Of a stretch of DNA of 64,000 nt, positions 11,385 through 24,584 are shown in pieces. The notes beneath the pieces are model-generated. The model was not told the DNA's origin and made no database searches. It saw only the letters and a program-made list of their open reading frames with translations. Both the position numbers and the translations under genes were made by a program. Each line of letters opens with the position of its first letter. Position 1 is the first letter of the stretch. The stretch is from Octopus vulgaris (Eukaryota), in contig OX597820.1 of assembly GCA_951406725.2 (NCBI GenBank), positions 30,814,001-30,878,000 of the forward strand, written 5' to 3'.

Positions 11385-12530
11385 AATTATTCAGTGTTGA
11401 GAGCATCTCTTGCTAGGCAAAGAACCCCTGGCATTTGAGCAGAGAGCTTTAGGCTTTGTGCAGACAATTTCAGGAGAGAACAATTCTGAGAGACCAATTC
11501 ACAAGATGTCCCATAAGTAGCTTCTACCGACTCAGTGCCATTTGTCTCTCCTCTGTTAGCAATTGTATTAAAAAACTCTCATTCTCAATTGCTAACACCA
11601 AATATCATGTTCAGCAATAAATATTGAAGTTAAACATTTGTGAGTTTGCTTCAGTTATCATCCATGCAGCCAGCAACATTCCACATGTACACTACAACAT
11701 GGTAACAAAGCCACCCATGGCAACTCAGACATTTAAAATATATCATCATTAGTGGTTAGGATGTTGGACTCATGACTATAAGATTGTGGTTTCAATTCCT
11801 GGACCGGGCGATGCATTGTGTATCTGAGCAAAACACTTCATTTTATGTTCTCCAGTTCACTCAGCTGGTAAAAATGAGTAATTCTGCAACAGACTGGCAT
11901 CCCATACAGGGGGTGGTGTATATATATATATATATATATACCAGAGAAATCAAGAAAATGACCTTATGTGGACTAGCCAACCAGCTCAACACAAGTGAAC
12001 AAGCAATCCCGCAACAGATCTTTTTATATACAGCTTCCCACCATTTGTTGTAATCTTTTGTCATCTCTTTCATGATCTTGAGATCAGCTTTTACCACTTC
12101 TGCCCATGTCTTCTTTTCCTACATTTTCAATCCACTAGGACATCTTAGCACTTCTTTATCCATTTGTTCCATATGTTATATGTCCATACCAAGCCAGTAT
12201 ATCATCATCTTTTAACATCTGTTCTTCATACTAGCATGGGTTGGACGGTTTGACAGGAGTTGGCTGGGCTCCATTCGTCTGTTTTGGCATGGTTTCTATG
12301 GCTGGATGCCCTTCCTAATGCCAACCACTTTATGGAGTGTACAGGGTGCTTTTACCTGGTATCTGCATAGGCGCTTTTACATGGCACCAGTATGTACAAG
12401 CCTCCAAGACCAGGATCTTTAAGCTGAGACAGGGATGTAGAGGACATGCCTGTATGCATGGACAGCCACGATTCTACTTAGCTTGGCATTTCTTCTCAAG
12501 CACTGCAAATGGCCAGAAGTCTCAGTGTAT

Positions 12531-12559
<29 letters not shown>

Positions 12560-12570
<11 letters not shown>

Positions 12571-12918
12571 GGCAGTTTGTCTGTGCGTGTTTCTGTGTGT
12601 CTGTTTGCTTGTACCCTCACCCTGACCACGGCTTTCAACCGATTCTGATGAAACTTGACACACACATAGCCCAATGTCATAATTCAAAACTAATGCAGCG
12701 AAACTTTTGAAAAGTTCCCCCAGTTCTGAAAAAAAAATCGATAAATTCGACATGGGGTCGAGAATCAGAAACACAAACCGCAAACTGTCTAGGGGATGCA
12801 ACACCACCTTTTTTAACTAAAAAAAAAAATTTACCATCATTTTTTTGCTATAACTCTCTAAAAATGCTTTATAGTTATTTCCCTTACAAACCTGAGCAAC
12901 GCCGGGCGATACTGCTAG
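12560..12918 (+). mobile_element. Non-autonomous Helitron-like element
   Basis: 5' (TA)n then gtctgt repeats and ccgattctgatgaaactt; 3' GC-rich hairpin cctgagcaacgccggg followed by a CTAG terminus and T. Confidence 0.7.
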
Positions 12919-12926
12919 TATTATAT

Positions 12927-13404
12927 ATAAAGTATAAGGAAGGAAAAAAAATATATAGGTGTAGACGATCCAAAGTTGGTACAAACCCAATAAAGAATCT
13001 ACAAACTGTTCCCAAGCCTAATTAATTCCAAAAACAAAACAAAAAATTATCCTTTCGAAATTAAAATTAGGCTTTTCTTCAGGAATTTATTATTGGAGTG
13101 AATAGGTTCGACCAACAAAAAAAAATATTAAAAAATAGACAGGAAATTACCCAAATTTAATTGTTTGTTCCTGTCTGGGCTATTAAAGGTCTTTATATAT
13201 TTTTTTTTGTTGGTTAAACCTATTCACTCTAATAATGAATTCCTGAAGAAAAGCTTAATTTTGATTTCGAAAAGATTATTTTTTTCGTTTTGTTTTTGGA
13301 ATTAATTAAGCATGGAAACAATTTTTAGAATCTTTATTAGCTTCGTATCAACTTCGGATTAAAGATCATCTACATCTATATATTTTTTCCCTTCCTTACT
13401 TTAT
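12927..13404. repeat. Inverted repeat (arms about 200 bp, spacer about 70 bp)
   Basis: 12927-13128 versus 13197-13404; diverged arms. Confidence 0.85.
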
Positions 13405-14174
13405 CTATTGATTATTCAGTACTGAATATATAATGTTTTTTTTTTATATAGTCTTTGCTTGGAGTGAACCAGCAGATTTGGATGCTTAACATCTCTTTGA
13501 TGGATTTCGGTCCTGACTTCTTTTATATAAGTAAAAATAGTGAAGATGGAGAGCTTTTTACAATGTGAAAAAGCTCTCAGATGCTTTTTCACATTGCATG
13601 TGTTTAATAACCTTTATATATTTCAGGTGTAAAGGCCCATAATCAGAAGTAGACAATCAAGAAATGTTAGACTACACTATACCTACCAACATGGAAAAGC
13701 TATTCTTGTCATTTAATAAGGCACAAAACAGTTTAAATTCACTTTTAAATTATTTCATGAAGTGTTAAAATTTCAACACACACAACTGTGACCTGGTCAC
13801 TGACATAGTTCTGGAACTAGTTGTGCAATATAAAGTGTGACAGTTGTTAGAAAATTTAATAGTTTTGTGTGCTATTAAACAGCTGGAATGGCTCTTCCTC
13901 TTCTACGATGTAACTGCTGTTGTGAAAAATTTTTTCAGGAAAGGTATAGCTATTATTTATGTATCTCATGACATCTACATAGAAAACAATGACACCAGCT
14001 TTACTTTTTTAGGACACACATTAAATTAGCTAAGCTTGGGTGCTCACTGCAAAGCAAAACAAACAACAAAAACAGAAAAAAAAAAAAAATTCCACTTTTC
14101 TCAAGTTTTCTTTCCAGTTCAGCCATTAGTTTAAATAAGAATGACTTGATTTCTTCTGCTCTATAGTGTTTGAG

Positions 14175-14480
14175 TGTGGAGGCGCAATGGCCCAGTGGTT
14201 AGGGCAGCGGACTCACAGTCAGAGGATCGTGGTTTTGATACCCAGACTGGGCGTTGTGTGTGTTTATTGAGCGAAAACACCTAAAAGCTCCACGAGGCTC
14301 CGGCAGGGGGTGGTGGCGACCCATTGTACTCTTTCGCCACAACTTTATCTCACTCACTCTTCCTGTTTTTTGAGTAACGCTGCAATGGACTGGCGTTCCG
14401 TCCAGCTGGGAGGAACACATACACCACAGAAACCAGGTCCATGAGCCTGGCTAGGCTTGAGAAGGGCGATGTTTATCGTT
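14175..14480 (+). mobile_element. SINE family C with V-domain-like 3' part, 13-bp TSD
   Basis: Same tRNA-like head as 4426-4799; 3' part ctgcaatggactggcgttccgtccag. TSD TATAGTGTTTGAG at 14162-14174 and 14481-14493. Confidence 0.88.
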
Positions 14481-15099
14481 TATAGTGTTTGAGCATGTGT
14501 GGGAGCAAAAAGAAATAGGTATCTAACAATTTACAGCCATTTCCATCGTCTCCAAAGCACTTTCATAATTTCCTGTGGCTCTCCACCTCACCTAGACTGA
14601 GAATAATATTTTATCTACTATCTTTAACTTGTTTCAGTCACTAGACAGTGACCATACTGAAGCACCACCTTAAAGGGTGTAGCTGAAAAAAAAAAAAAAA
14701 AAAAAAAAATCGATCCCAGTACTTCTTTTTTTTAAGCCTAGTATCTTATTTCATCAGCCTTGCTTTGCCAAACTGTGAAGTTATAGAGGTGTAAATAAAC
14801 CAGCATCAGTGGAGGACAAACACAAACATAGATATAACAGGCTTCTTTCATTTTCCGCCAAAAAATTTACTCACAAGGCTTTGGTTGGCTTGGGGCTATA
14901 ATAGTCACTTGCTTAATCCTTTAGCATTTGAACTGACCATATCCAGCCCAGAATTTTCTAACTGTTTTATGTTCTAATTGGCCAGATCTGGACTCTCACA
15001 TCTACATAACAATGCCATTGTGAAAATCAACAATCACATCATTGAAATTTCAAAGCTGTGAGATAATGCACGATTAAATTCAAAACAATGTGAATAAAT

Positions 15100-15482
15100 A
15101 GGTGTAGGAGTGGCTGTGTGGTAAGTAGCTTGCTTACCAACTACATGGCTCCGAGTTCATTCCCACTGTGTGGCACCTTGGGCAGGTGTATTCTACTATA
15201 TAGCCCCAAGCTGACCAAAGCCTTGTGAGTGGATTTGGTAGACAGAAACTGAAAGAAGCCCATCGTATATATGTATATATGTGTGTGTGTGTTTGTCCCC
15301 TCAACATCACTTTACAACCAATGGTGGTTTGTTTACGTCCCCGTAACTTAGCAGTTCAGCAAAAGAGATCGATAGAATAAGTACTAGGCTTACACAGAAT
15401 AAGTCCTGGGGTAAATTTGCTCGACTAAAGGTGGTGCTCCAGCATGGCCGCAGTCAAATGACTGAAACAAGTAAAAGAGTAA
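15100..15482 (+). mobile_element. SINE family A, full-length copy
   Basis: Colinear with 6892-7284. Confidence 0.88.
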
Positions 15483-17879
15483 ATACTCCCCACCACCACA
15501 TCAAAACACAGACTTTTTTATTGACTAAAATCTTGCATCATCTTTCACAATACAGGTACAAGGCCTGAAATATCAGTGGAGGATGGTACTAGCCAATTAC
15601 ATTGACCCCAATGCTCAACTAGTACTTATTTAATAGATCCTGAAAGGATGAAAGGTAAAGTCAGCCTTAGTGGAATTTGAGCTCAGAACTTAATGAATGA
15701 AATGCCACTTAGCAAAGAGTATATACATATATATATATGGCATGTAAAAAGCACCATCCGATCGTGGCTGTTGCCAGCCTCGACTGGCCTCCGTGCCGGT
15801 GACACGTAAAAGGCACCATCCGATCGTGGCCATTTGCCACCTGTGCCGGTGGCACGTAAAAAGCACCCACTACACTCATGGAGTGGTTGGCATTAGGAAG
15901 GGCATCCAGCCGTAGAAACATTGCCAGATCAGACTGGGCCTGGTGCAGCCTTCTGGCTTCCCAGACCCCAGTTGCACCGTCCAACCCATGCCAGCATGGA
16001 AAGCGGACGCTAAACGATGATGATGATACATATATATATATTTGCCTGTTTTAGTCATTATCCTGTGGCCATGAATGAATTGACCTCAGTACTTTTTTTA
16101 TGTTTGGTACTTATTCTGTTGTGCTCTTTTACCAAACTGCTAAGTTATGACAACATAAATACACCATTATTTACATTTGATGGATATTTGTCCTCATCTT
16201 GCTAGGTGTGCTAACGATTTTACCAGTTTACAGCCTTCATCTTTTATGTAATAATGAGCTTACAATTTTTTAATATGAACAGCAATTAACTAGCAGTTGT
16301 TGCAGAACATCAATTGCATTGATTTTACAATCACAGAATGGCTTGTGAAGACCACAGGCACAGCTTTTTTCTACAGACAAAAGCATTAAGAAAATAGAAA
16401 AATTTTAATATTGACAGGTTCAAGCAGGTTTCAAACATTGCATGAAGGGTGGTATTTAATCATGTTGCTGTCAAGAAAGATAACACGAGGACAACGTTTT
16501 AAAATCTTAACTATTAAAATAACATCATTGTAATACAGATGAGCCAAGAAGGGAGTCTCTATGTAATTGTGTGACATGCTAGAAATAGCAACTAAATCTC
16601 TCTCTCAAATTATGACTGATAAATTAAATTTGGTTAATGTAAGTCTTAGAATCAATGTTTGAAAACAAGGTGGGATGGCCATGGCAGAAATGCCATTGAT
16701 TATAAAGCCTGCTTGATTAGAGCTAAACCTGGAGTGAATAACAATGATAGTAATAGCAACTTCTGAAATAGCCGAAGCTAGAAGCATCATGTCTATGCTT
16801 CATATAATTGATTTTTGTCACGATGATGATGATGATGATATTTATGTCAGGGTTTTAAAAAACAGCTACACTATATCCCTGTATGTTGTAAGAGACAACA
16901 AAAGTGGTTGGCATTAGCAACAGTATCTGATCGTGATATATTGCTTCAAAAAAAAAAAAAAAGAAAAAAAGTTTAATCTAATCCATGTCAGAAAGGATAA
17001 GCAGATGTAAAAATGATGAAAATGAGGACGATGGTGATGCTACTGCTGCCGCTCTACATATTCAGTCAAAAACTAACAATAAATACAGGAAAGTTTGTAC
17101 ACATTAATACATTTTAGTTGTGAGGAATTAAGAAATTTGAGGGTTTGGACTAAGATCTTCCAATGGAAATCACCATTATCACCTTTACATCCACTTTCCA
17201 TGCTGGCATGGGTTAGATGGGCTGTCATGGTCCTGAGTCACTGCTCCCATAGACTGGGGCTCAATGTGTTGTTTGGCTTAGTTTCTATGACTGGATGCCC
17301 TTCCATTTGCCAACCACTTAAGAGTGTGTCAGGTGCATTTTCTCATGGCATCACAACACAAAGGAACTTGAAAAGTCCTTGGCAAGACAAGACTATAGGA
17401 GCCTCACATCCCTATGGTTTCTCTGCTCATTTGTGGTCAAGAAATAATTACTTGACATCACAGTAATTACACCCATTACCACCTTTCAAACCCACCTGGA
17501 TTTATTATTCCTATTGTTTTACTGGCATTCCGTCAAATATGATAAGGGTTCCAGTTGACCCAATCAACGGAACAGCCTGCTTGTGAAATTAATGTGCAAG
17601 TGAGTGAGCACCCCACAGACAGGTGTACCCTTAATGCAGCTCTCTGGGAAATTCAACATGACAAAGAGTGTGGCTAGGCTGGGTCCTTTGAAATACAGGT
17701 GCTACTCAGTTGAATAGACTGGAGCAACATAAAATAAAGTGTATTGCTCAAGGACACAATGTATTGCTGGGAACTGAGCCCATGGCCTAATGATCATGAG
17801 CTAAATACCCTAACCACTGAGCAACATAGACACCAATTTCCTTGTGTCTCAGGTTTTTACTTCAGCATATTCTAGGGTT

Positions 17880-18250
17880 TCCTTCAGTCAGGAATGATCC
17901 TAAGCTTCTGCAATTGGAAAGTTTTCCTCCAAGATGCAGACCCTCCATCGTCGACCAGGAGAATTCATCTATGAAGCAATTGCCCCAGCTCCCCTTCAGG
18001 GGTGGCAAAAACGATGTGGTGGACAATGAAAAACCTGGCTGATGACAGTCAAGGCTGATCTGGAACCCAGCCTAGGCTCCCATGTCTATGGCGTTCGCTG
18101 CTGGAATAGGGAGTGGTTGGAGATCACGCGGTCATTAGCCTCAAAGCGTCAGGCTTGGTTGGCATTTGTGAGATGCAGCATTGAATATGAATGAAGCCAG
18201 CTCAACCCACCCCGGGTGAATGCTGTCTCAAGACAAGACAAGACAAGACC
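17880..18250 (+). mobile_element. RTE-like LINE 3' fragment with (CAAGA)n tail
   Basis: Broken frames read GWQKR.GGQ.KTW..TVKADLEPSLG.HVYGVRCW; ends caagacaagacaagacaagac. Confidence 0.6.
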
Positions 18251-18580
18251 CAGGTAAGGTTTTATATTGTGGAAGACTAGCAATTAGCTTGCATGCAAGT
18301 TTTCGGAAGACTAAGAACAGGTTGCATATAAATAAGCAAGGTTTCTCTCTGCATGTCTAAGGGAAAATCAAAAGCCAATACAGCTCAGCACCAGCTAGAA
18401 GAGATCCCACAAGGTATCCAGTTCGATACCGTAACAGTTCTACCGATTCATGTTTGTTTTTTGTTTTTTAATAAATTAACCCCCGAAAGGATGGAAGGTA
18501 ACATTGACCTCAGTAGGATTTGAACACAGAATGCAGAAAATCAGTATAAATACCGCAAAGCACTGTGTCTGATGCTTTAA

Positions 18581-18791
18581 CCCTTTAGCATTTAAACCGG
18601 CCAAAAGTATTCTGCCTGTTTTATGTTCAAACTGGTCAGATCTGGTCTCTCACACCAGCCCTACAATATCATTTTAAAAATTATCAGCTACCTCATCAAA
18701 ATCTCATAGCTACAAGATAATGTATGATTAGTTCAAAACAATATGGATAAAAAAGCATTAATTTTGGCTGAATAATGCGAACACTAAAGTG
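18581..18791. mobile_element. Short TTAA MITE (piggyBac-type, about 210-220 bp family)
   Basis: TTAA-CCCTTTAG...CTAAAGTG-TTAA. Same family at 26927-27124, 33553-33773, 50857-51076 and 54634-55104, with partial copies near 14915, 41160, 52567 and 58735. Confidence 0.82.
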
Positions 18792-18958
18792 TTAAACAAC
18801 ATGCCACCACTACAAGAAAAGTTTGGAATAAGTTACAGTTTTGGCTGAGTCTGACACACAGAATCTTGACACTCAAACAAAAGCTGCTCACTAATGAGGT
18901 AAATTCAAAGCCAACTGACAACCTCAAAATAATTTACAAAATCAGAATATCTATTTAC

Positions 18959-19339
18959 CAGGGACATGTCACCTGGGTAGGCAATGCCTACCCTGAATAA
19001 AACAGATCAATAGTAATATTTTCCTTTTATGGCAAAATATGCACCTAATTCAATAAAATTATAAAGATTGCTCTGATTACTGTGCATAAAATACAAAATA
19101 TTTTATTTTTTCATAGATTAGGTAGGCATAATTCGCCCCTACCTTTCAATCTCATTATTTAAGCTACGCATAGTAATGCTATAGTACAACATGCAGCATA
19201 CATTCCTACAACAATATTTTCTTTCTTTATGCGATATAAAGGCAGAAGTAAAATTCAGTCGCGTGCCTGTGTTTCGCTTATTTTTTTGTGTTACGTCACT
19301 AACTGCCTACCCTAAGTAATTACTGATGCCACATACCTG
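18959..19339. mobile_element. hAT-type MITE
   Basis: CAGG...CCTG termini, near-perfect 8-bp TSD CTATTTAC/CTATTTAT, subterminal repeats ggtaggca/tgcctacc. Confidence 0.7.
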
Positions 19340-19374
19340 CTATTTATGACTGATTTTATGTATTATGAGGGTAT

Positions 19375-19730
19375 CTTTTAGTTGTTTCTGTCATTAAACT
19401 ATAGCCAGACTGGGGCATTGCTTTGAAGAACTTTTAGTCGAACGTATCGACCTCAGAGCTTATTTTTTTAAAGACTGGCACCTGTTCTATTGGTCTCATT
19501 TGCTAAACTGCTAAGTTATGCAAACATTGACAAATGGTGGGGAGGGTGGGGAACAAACTCAGACACAAAGCAACATACACACACAAGACAGGCAACTTTC
19601 AGTTTCCACCTACCAAATCCACTCACAAGGCATTGGTCAGCTCGAGGCTATAGTAGAAGACACTTGCTCAATGGGATTGAACCTAGAACCATGTGGTTGG
19701 GAAACAAGCTTCATACCACACAACCACACC
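19375..19730 (-). mobile_element. SINE family A, diverged copy
   Basis: Reverse-complement similarity to family A (ctaccaaatccactcacaagg...accatgtggttgg). Confidence 0.75.
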
Positions 19731-20349
19731 TAAATTTTTTTTTTTTTTTAATGGGTTAGTCAGAGGAAGAAAAGCAGTGTCCCTGATATTAGCAGAAGCC
19801 CTGAGATAGTTGTGGAATATGGAGAGGGAGAGAGAGAGAGGGGCGGGAGAGAGAGAGAGAAACTACAAACCATGGGCTGCTGTAGTGGGAAGCAGTAATT
19901 ACAAGATATCGAGTTACCCTCAGACTAGAGACCTCACCTATTCTCCCATAAGTATGTCAAAGGCACCAAAGGACCTCGTGGTGATGGTATCAGTGTTAAA
20001 CTGGATCCAAATCCATGTTTAATGGGGGGGAAAAAAATTACAAGAGTAAAAAGAATAAAAGCAAACAACATATTTGTTTTGTTTTGTTTTTCTTTCTGTT
20101 CTTTCATGTTTTTAATATGGAAGAATTAAGATTTGGTGGGTTGTAGGAGGCTGGGAATTGGGGTGTTGCGTGTCAGTAATGAAATAAAGAACAATGAAGG
20201 GCTTTATCAAAATTTTCATTTTCAATATAAAGCCTTATTATTCTTTTAATGTACATTAAAAAAAAAATAATACTAATGGAAATTAAAAAATAAGATAGGG
20301 ATAAAAATAAAATAGAATTATTCTGTACACTTTGGAAAAGAATTCTTTA

Positions 20350-20575
20350 TTATATACAAACACACGCACAGGCACACACATATATATGCACATACACACA
20401 CATATATATACATAAACATATCTGCATATACACACAAACATACACATAATACATATATATATCCATATATGTATTCATATACACATCTACATACATATAT
20501 ACACACACATATACATACATGTATATGCACACACACACACATAAACATTCATACATGTACACACACACACACACA
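20350..20575. repeat. Compound (CA)/(TA) low-complexity tract, probably in the ANKLE2 3' UTR region
   Basis: Mixed ca/ta dinucleotides; source of spurious ORFs. Confidence 0.9.
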
Positions 20576-21348
20576 GCTTTTTATTCTGATCTTAACCTCT
20601 GTATGTACAAAGGAAAGTTTTTAAAAAAATTACATCAGAATTCTGTACAGTTTATAAAAGAATATAAGAATAAATAAAAAAAAAAAAAAAAAAAAACAAA
20701 AAAACTTGTTTGTTTAGCTCATATTCTTATCACAGTGTCTTGAAAGCACAACTGGTGCTTGATTAAAAACAATAAAAACAACAACAACAACAACAGCAGC
20801 AAAAGAAAATTAAAAATAAAAGAGAATAAAAATAAAAAGCAACAACAATCAGCTATTACAAACAGGACATAAACATTTGTAGTTTTGAAATCATTCGGCA
20901 TTTCTGTGAACTTCAGGTCTATTTAAGAGACAAACTCTTCTTTCTGTCTTGTAAATTCTTCATCAGCTTCTTACATTCCAAAGGCAAAATAAATTGTTTT
21001 GTTTTCTTTCACTCTTTCTTTCCAAACCATTTAATGTCACAGGCTCACACTAGTATCCATTTTACGGGTTTCAGTCTGCTGGACTGTGGTCATGCTGGAG
21101 CACTGTGTCAAAGTTAGTCTTAATCACCACCTTGCAACTATCGGGATATTTTGGTTTTTATCCGTCTCTGTTTTTTTGAGTGGTTAACCTATATATATAT
21201 ATATATATATAAAACCTATGAAAATATTTTATAAAAATATTGTGTAAAATTAAAACAAGACCTGTGAAAGAAAATGAGACAAAAAAAAAAAAAAAAGGAA
21301 ACTGAGAAGAAGCCATTTAAAATTATAATGTCATTTGTTGTTGTTGAT

Positions 21349-21490
21349 TCAGCGACTTGGAGAGCCAAAAAGAATTCTTCTGCTGCTGGGGTTACTTAGA
21401 TGACCGCGTCGATGTGAATGGGATGATGGTGACATTTGGTTTTGGTTTTGGTTTCTTGTAGTGTTGAAACATTTAACAGGACTTCGCCAA
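21349..21490 (-). CDS. ANKLE2: ANKLE2 terminal coding exon
   Basis: Acceptor tttcaacag. AG|T gives SWRSPVKCFNTT...RRILFGSPSR-stop (SW.SP motif). Followed by a U-rich 3' UTR. Confidence 0.85.
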
Positions 21491-22204
21491 CTGTTGAAAG
21501 AAAGAAAAAGATACAATTTAACAGTATAATGGAAATGACAATTATTATTATTATTATTACTGCCAACATGCCGCTGGCACGTTAAAAGCTCCAACCGATC
21601 GTGGCCGATGCCAGACCCCCCCCCCCCTGGCACCTGTGCAGGTGGCACGTAAAAAGCACCCACTACACTCGCGGAGTGGTTGGCGTTAGGAAGGGCATCC
21701 AGCCGTAGAAACTCTGCCAGATCAGACTGGAGCCTGGAGCAGACCCCGGTCGAACCGTCCAACCTGTGCTAGCGCGGAAAACGGACATTAAACGATGATG
21801 ATGATTACTGAGTGAGAGAGTAGCACATACCTGGGGGTACAAATATATGAAGCCCAATATACCCATCATGACTACTCGTCTGATAAGGGTACACCAGGCA
21901 CATGCATCACAACCATATGTGTGCATTATGATGATCTCATATTAAGATAAACAGCACATGACCTTGCAGTTGGGGCCCAGTTAGAATTTTCTTCAGGTTG
22001 AGTAGCCAATCCCACTCAAAAGGTCCCTGAATGAAGGTTGTTTAAGGATGATGAATGAAACACCCATGTTTCCAGAGGTGAATTATTCAAGCCCCAAAGA
22101 ATTCCTCTCAAAACATGGCTATGATGCTCCCCTACTACTGCTTGTGGTCAGAGATGCACATATTGTCAGTCACTAAGGGACATGCCCATATTATAATTAT
22201 TTTA

Positions 22205-23471
22205 AATGGTGAGCTGGCAGAACCATTAGTACATTAGGTAAAATGCTCTGAAGCATTTCGTCCATCTTTGTGATCTGAGTTCAAATTCTGCTGAGGTCGA
22301 CTCTGCTCTTCATCCGTTCGGGGTCAATGAAATAAGCACTAGTTGAGCACTGGGGTTAATGTAATCCACTTACCCCTCACCCTAAATTGCTGGCCTTGTG
22401 TCAAAATTAGGAAAAGTTTATTATTATTATTATTATTATTCAACATTTAACGTCCGTTTTCCATGCTAGCATGGGTTGGACGATTTTGACTGAGGGCTGG
22501 CAACCAGATGGCTGTACCAGGCTCCAGTCTTGATCTGGCAGAGTTTCTATAGCTGGATGCCCTTCCTAACTCCAACCACTCCGAGAATGTAGTGGGTGCT
22601 TTTTACGTGCCACCTGCACGGGGTATTATTATTATTATTATTACTATTATTAGCAAGGGAAGCAACCTGGCAAAATTGTTAGCATGTTGGCCAAAATGCC
22701 GAGCAACATCTCTTCTGGCTTTATATTTTGAGTTCAAATTGCACTAAGGTTGACTTTACCTTTCATCTTTTTGGGACTGATAAAACAAATACCAGTCAAG
22801 TAACCCCATCACCTCAAAATTTGGGAGGAGGGGAGGGGCAGTTAATTAGATCGACCCTAGTGCAATGGCACTTAATTTCTCGACCCTGAAAGGATGAAAG
22901 GCAAAATCAACCTTGACAGAATCTGAACTCAGGATGTAAAGATGGACAAAATGCCGCTAAGCATTTTGCCTGAAGTGCTAATGATTCTGCTAGCTCACCA
23001 CCTTAATAATAATAATAATAATAATCTTTTCTACTAAAGGCACAAGGCTTGAACTTTGGGAGCAGAGGACTAGTTGATTACATCAACCCCAGTGTTTCAC
23101 CGGTACTTAATTTATCAACTCCAAAAGAATGAAAGGCAAATTTCCTTTGGAGGAATTTGAACTCAGAACATAGCAATAGGCGAAATACTGCTAAGTATTT
23201 CACAAGGTGTGCTAACAATTCTGCTAGCGTGTCACCTTAATAACGACAATAATGGTTTTCAAATTTTGGCACCAGGCCAGCATTTTCTGAGTGGGGGGGG
23301 GGGTAAATCAATTACATTGTCCTGAATGATCACCTGGTACTTATTTTATCAACCCTGAAAGGATGAAAGGCAAAGTTAACATTGGCAGAATTTGAACTCA
23401 GAACCTAAAGATGGAGAAAGTTCCGCTAAGCACTTTGCCTGGTGTGCTAACAATTCTGCCAGCTTGTCACC
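22205..23471. mobile_element. Cluster of SINE family B copies separated by (TAA/TTA)n, plus one family D element
   Basis: Repeated ggtgagctggcagaa...ctgagttcaaattc...gaggtcgactttgcctttcatcctttcggggtcgataaa in both orientations; about five copies. Confidence 0.82.
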
Positions 23472-23475
23472 TTAA

Positions 23476-24525
23476 CCCTTTCGTTACCAAACTGCCCAAA
23501 GCCGCCCCAAAAAAATTTTGGTCAATGTGACCAAACCGCCCAAATTTACCTATTCATATCTAAATGAGAATATCAGAGCAAATCTCTTTAGTACATTCGT
23601 GAAAATACGTTATTATGCTTCGTAAACAGTTCATCTACAGTTTTGTACAACGATCGACGTGTAATTTTAATTCCCTGAATTTTGGGAGATTTTTTTCCCC
23701 ATTTTTTTCGGTATCGATTTTTCTTCAACTTTGAAAATGGATAGGAGTTTCATGTTATCAAGCATTGATTCCGAATTGGAAAATTTGTGAAACAAATACT
23801 GGGTACTGTTGTGGATTTATTTTTTATACAGGGAAACTAATGTTAGTCAGCATGGCTTAGGGTATGATGTGGTCTGGAAGTTATTGTTTGAAGCGATCAA
23901 TGTGGAAACAAACTTATAGGGGTTCAAATTTCGGAAAATTTGTGAAGCAAATACTGGGTACTGCGTGGATTTAGTTTTTATACAGGGAAAATAATGTTAG
24001 TCAGCATGGCCTAGGGAACGATGTGGTCTGGAATTTATCACTTCCATACCATAACCAGGGCTGTATATTATTTTTTGACCGATTTCTTTAGTACGGTCAA
24101 ACTTACGGTGGATTCCAGTATTTCACTTTATTCCACCTTTATGGTACGCCTGTTGTGTATTAAATTCAACTGATGATATAGTGATGTGCACAATTCTTCT
24201 TTATCAAAATTTTGTTGCATACCCATTTGAATATTAGTTGATGATTCATTTTCTATGGTGATGTTTAAACAAAATTTTAATATTCTTACCTTTTGCTCAA
24301 TTTACCTGGATTTACCTGTAATTAAAGTCATTTTGAGACAAAAGTTATGCAATAGAATTGATTAAGAACCCTTTCTTTAATTATGTTCCAAATATCACAT
24401 TAAAATGTTGATAAGTAAAAAAGTTACAGTTATTTAATGAAACAAGCCTAGATTCATGATTATTTTAGAATTTAATTGAAACTCATGAGGAGTGTATTTT
24501 GGTCAGAAATATAGTAACGAAAGGG
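23476..24525. mobile_element. piggyBac-type non-autonomous element (about 1.05 kb)
   Basis: TTAA on both sides, perfect 12-bp TIR CCCTTTCGTTAC, internal duplication of about 105 bp (23779-23883 / 23933-24036). Confidence 0.85.
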
Positions 24526-24584
24526 TTAATAATAATAAGTATGATATATATTAGCTGATGATGAATGACAACGGTATTACTGAT

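Noticed and set aside
13450-13700. Possible plus-strand exons (tatag|tct..., tttcag|gtg...) of a divergent transcript
   Set aside because: No sustained reading frame or recognisable homology; cannot be supported without RNA data.
14175-14250. tRNA gene candidates (also near 4730-4799, 34955-35028 and 62110-62185)
   Set aside because: tRNA-like SINE heads that continue into SINE bodies, in two cases with TSDs; no proper acceptor stem or Pol III terminator.
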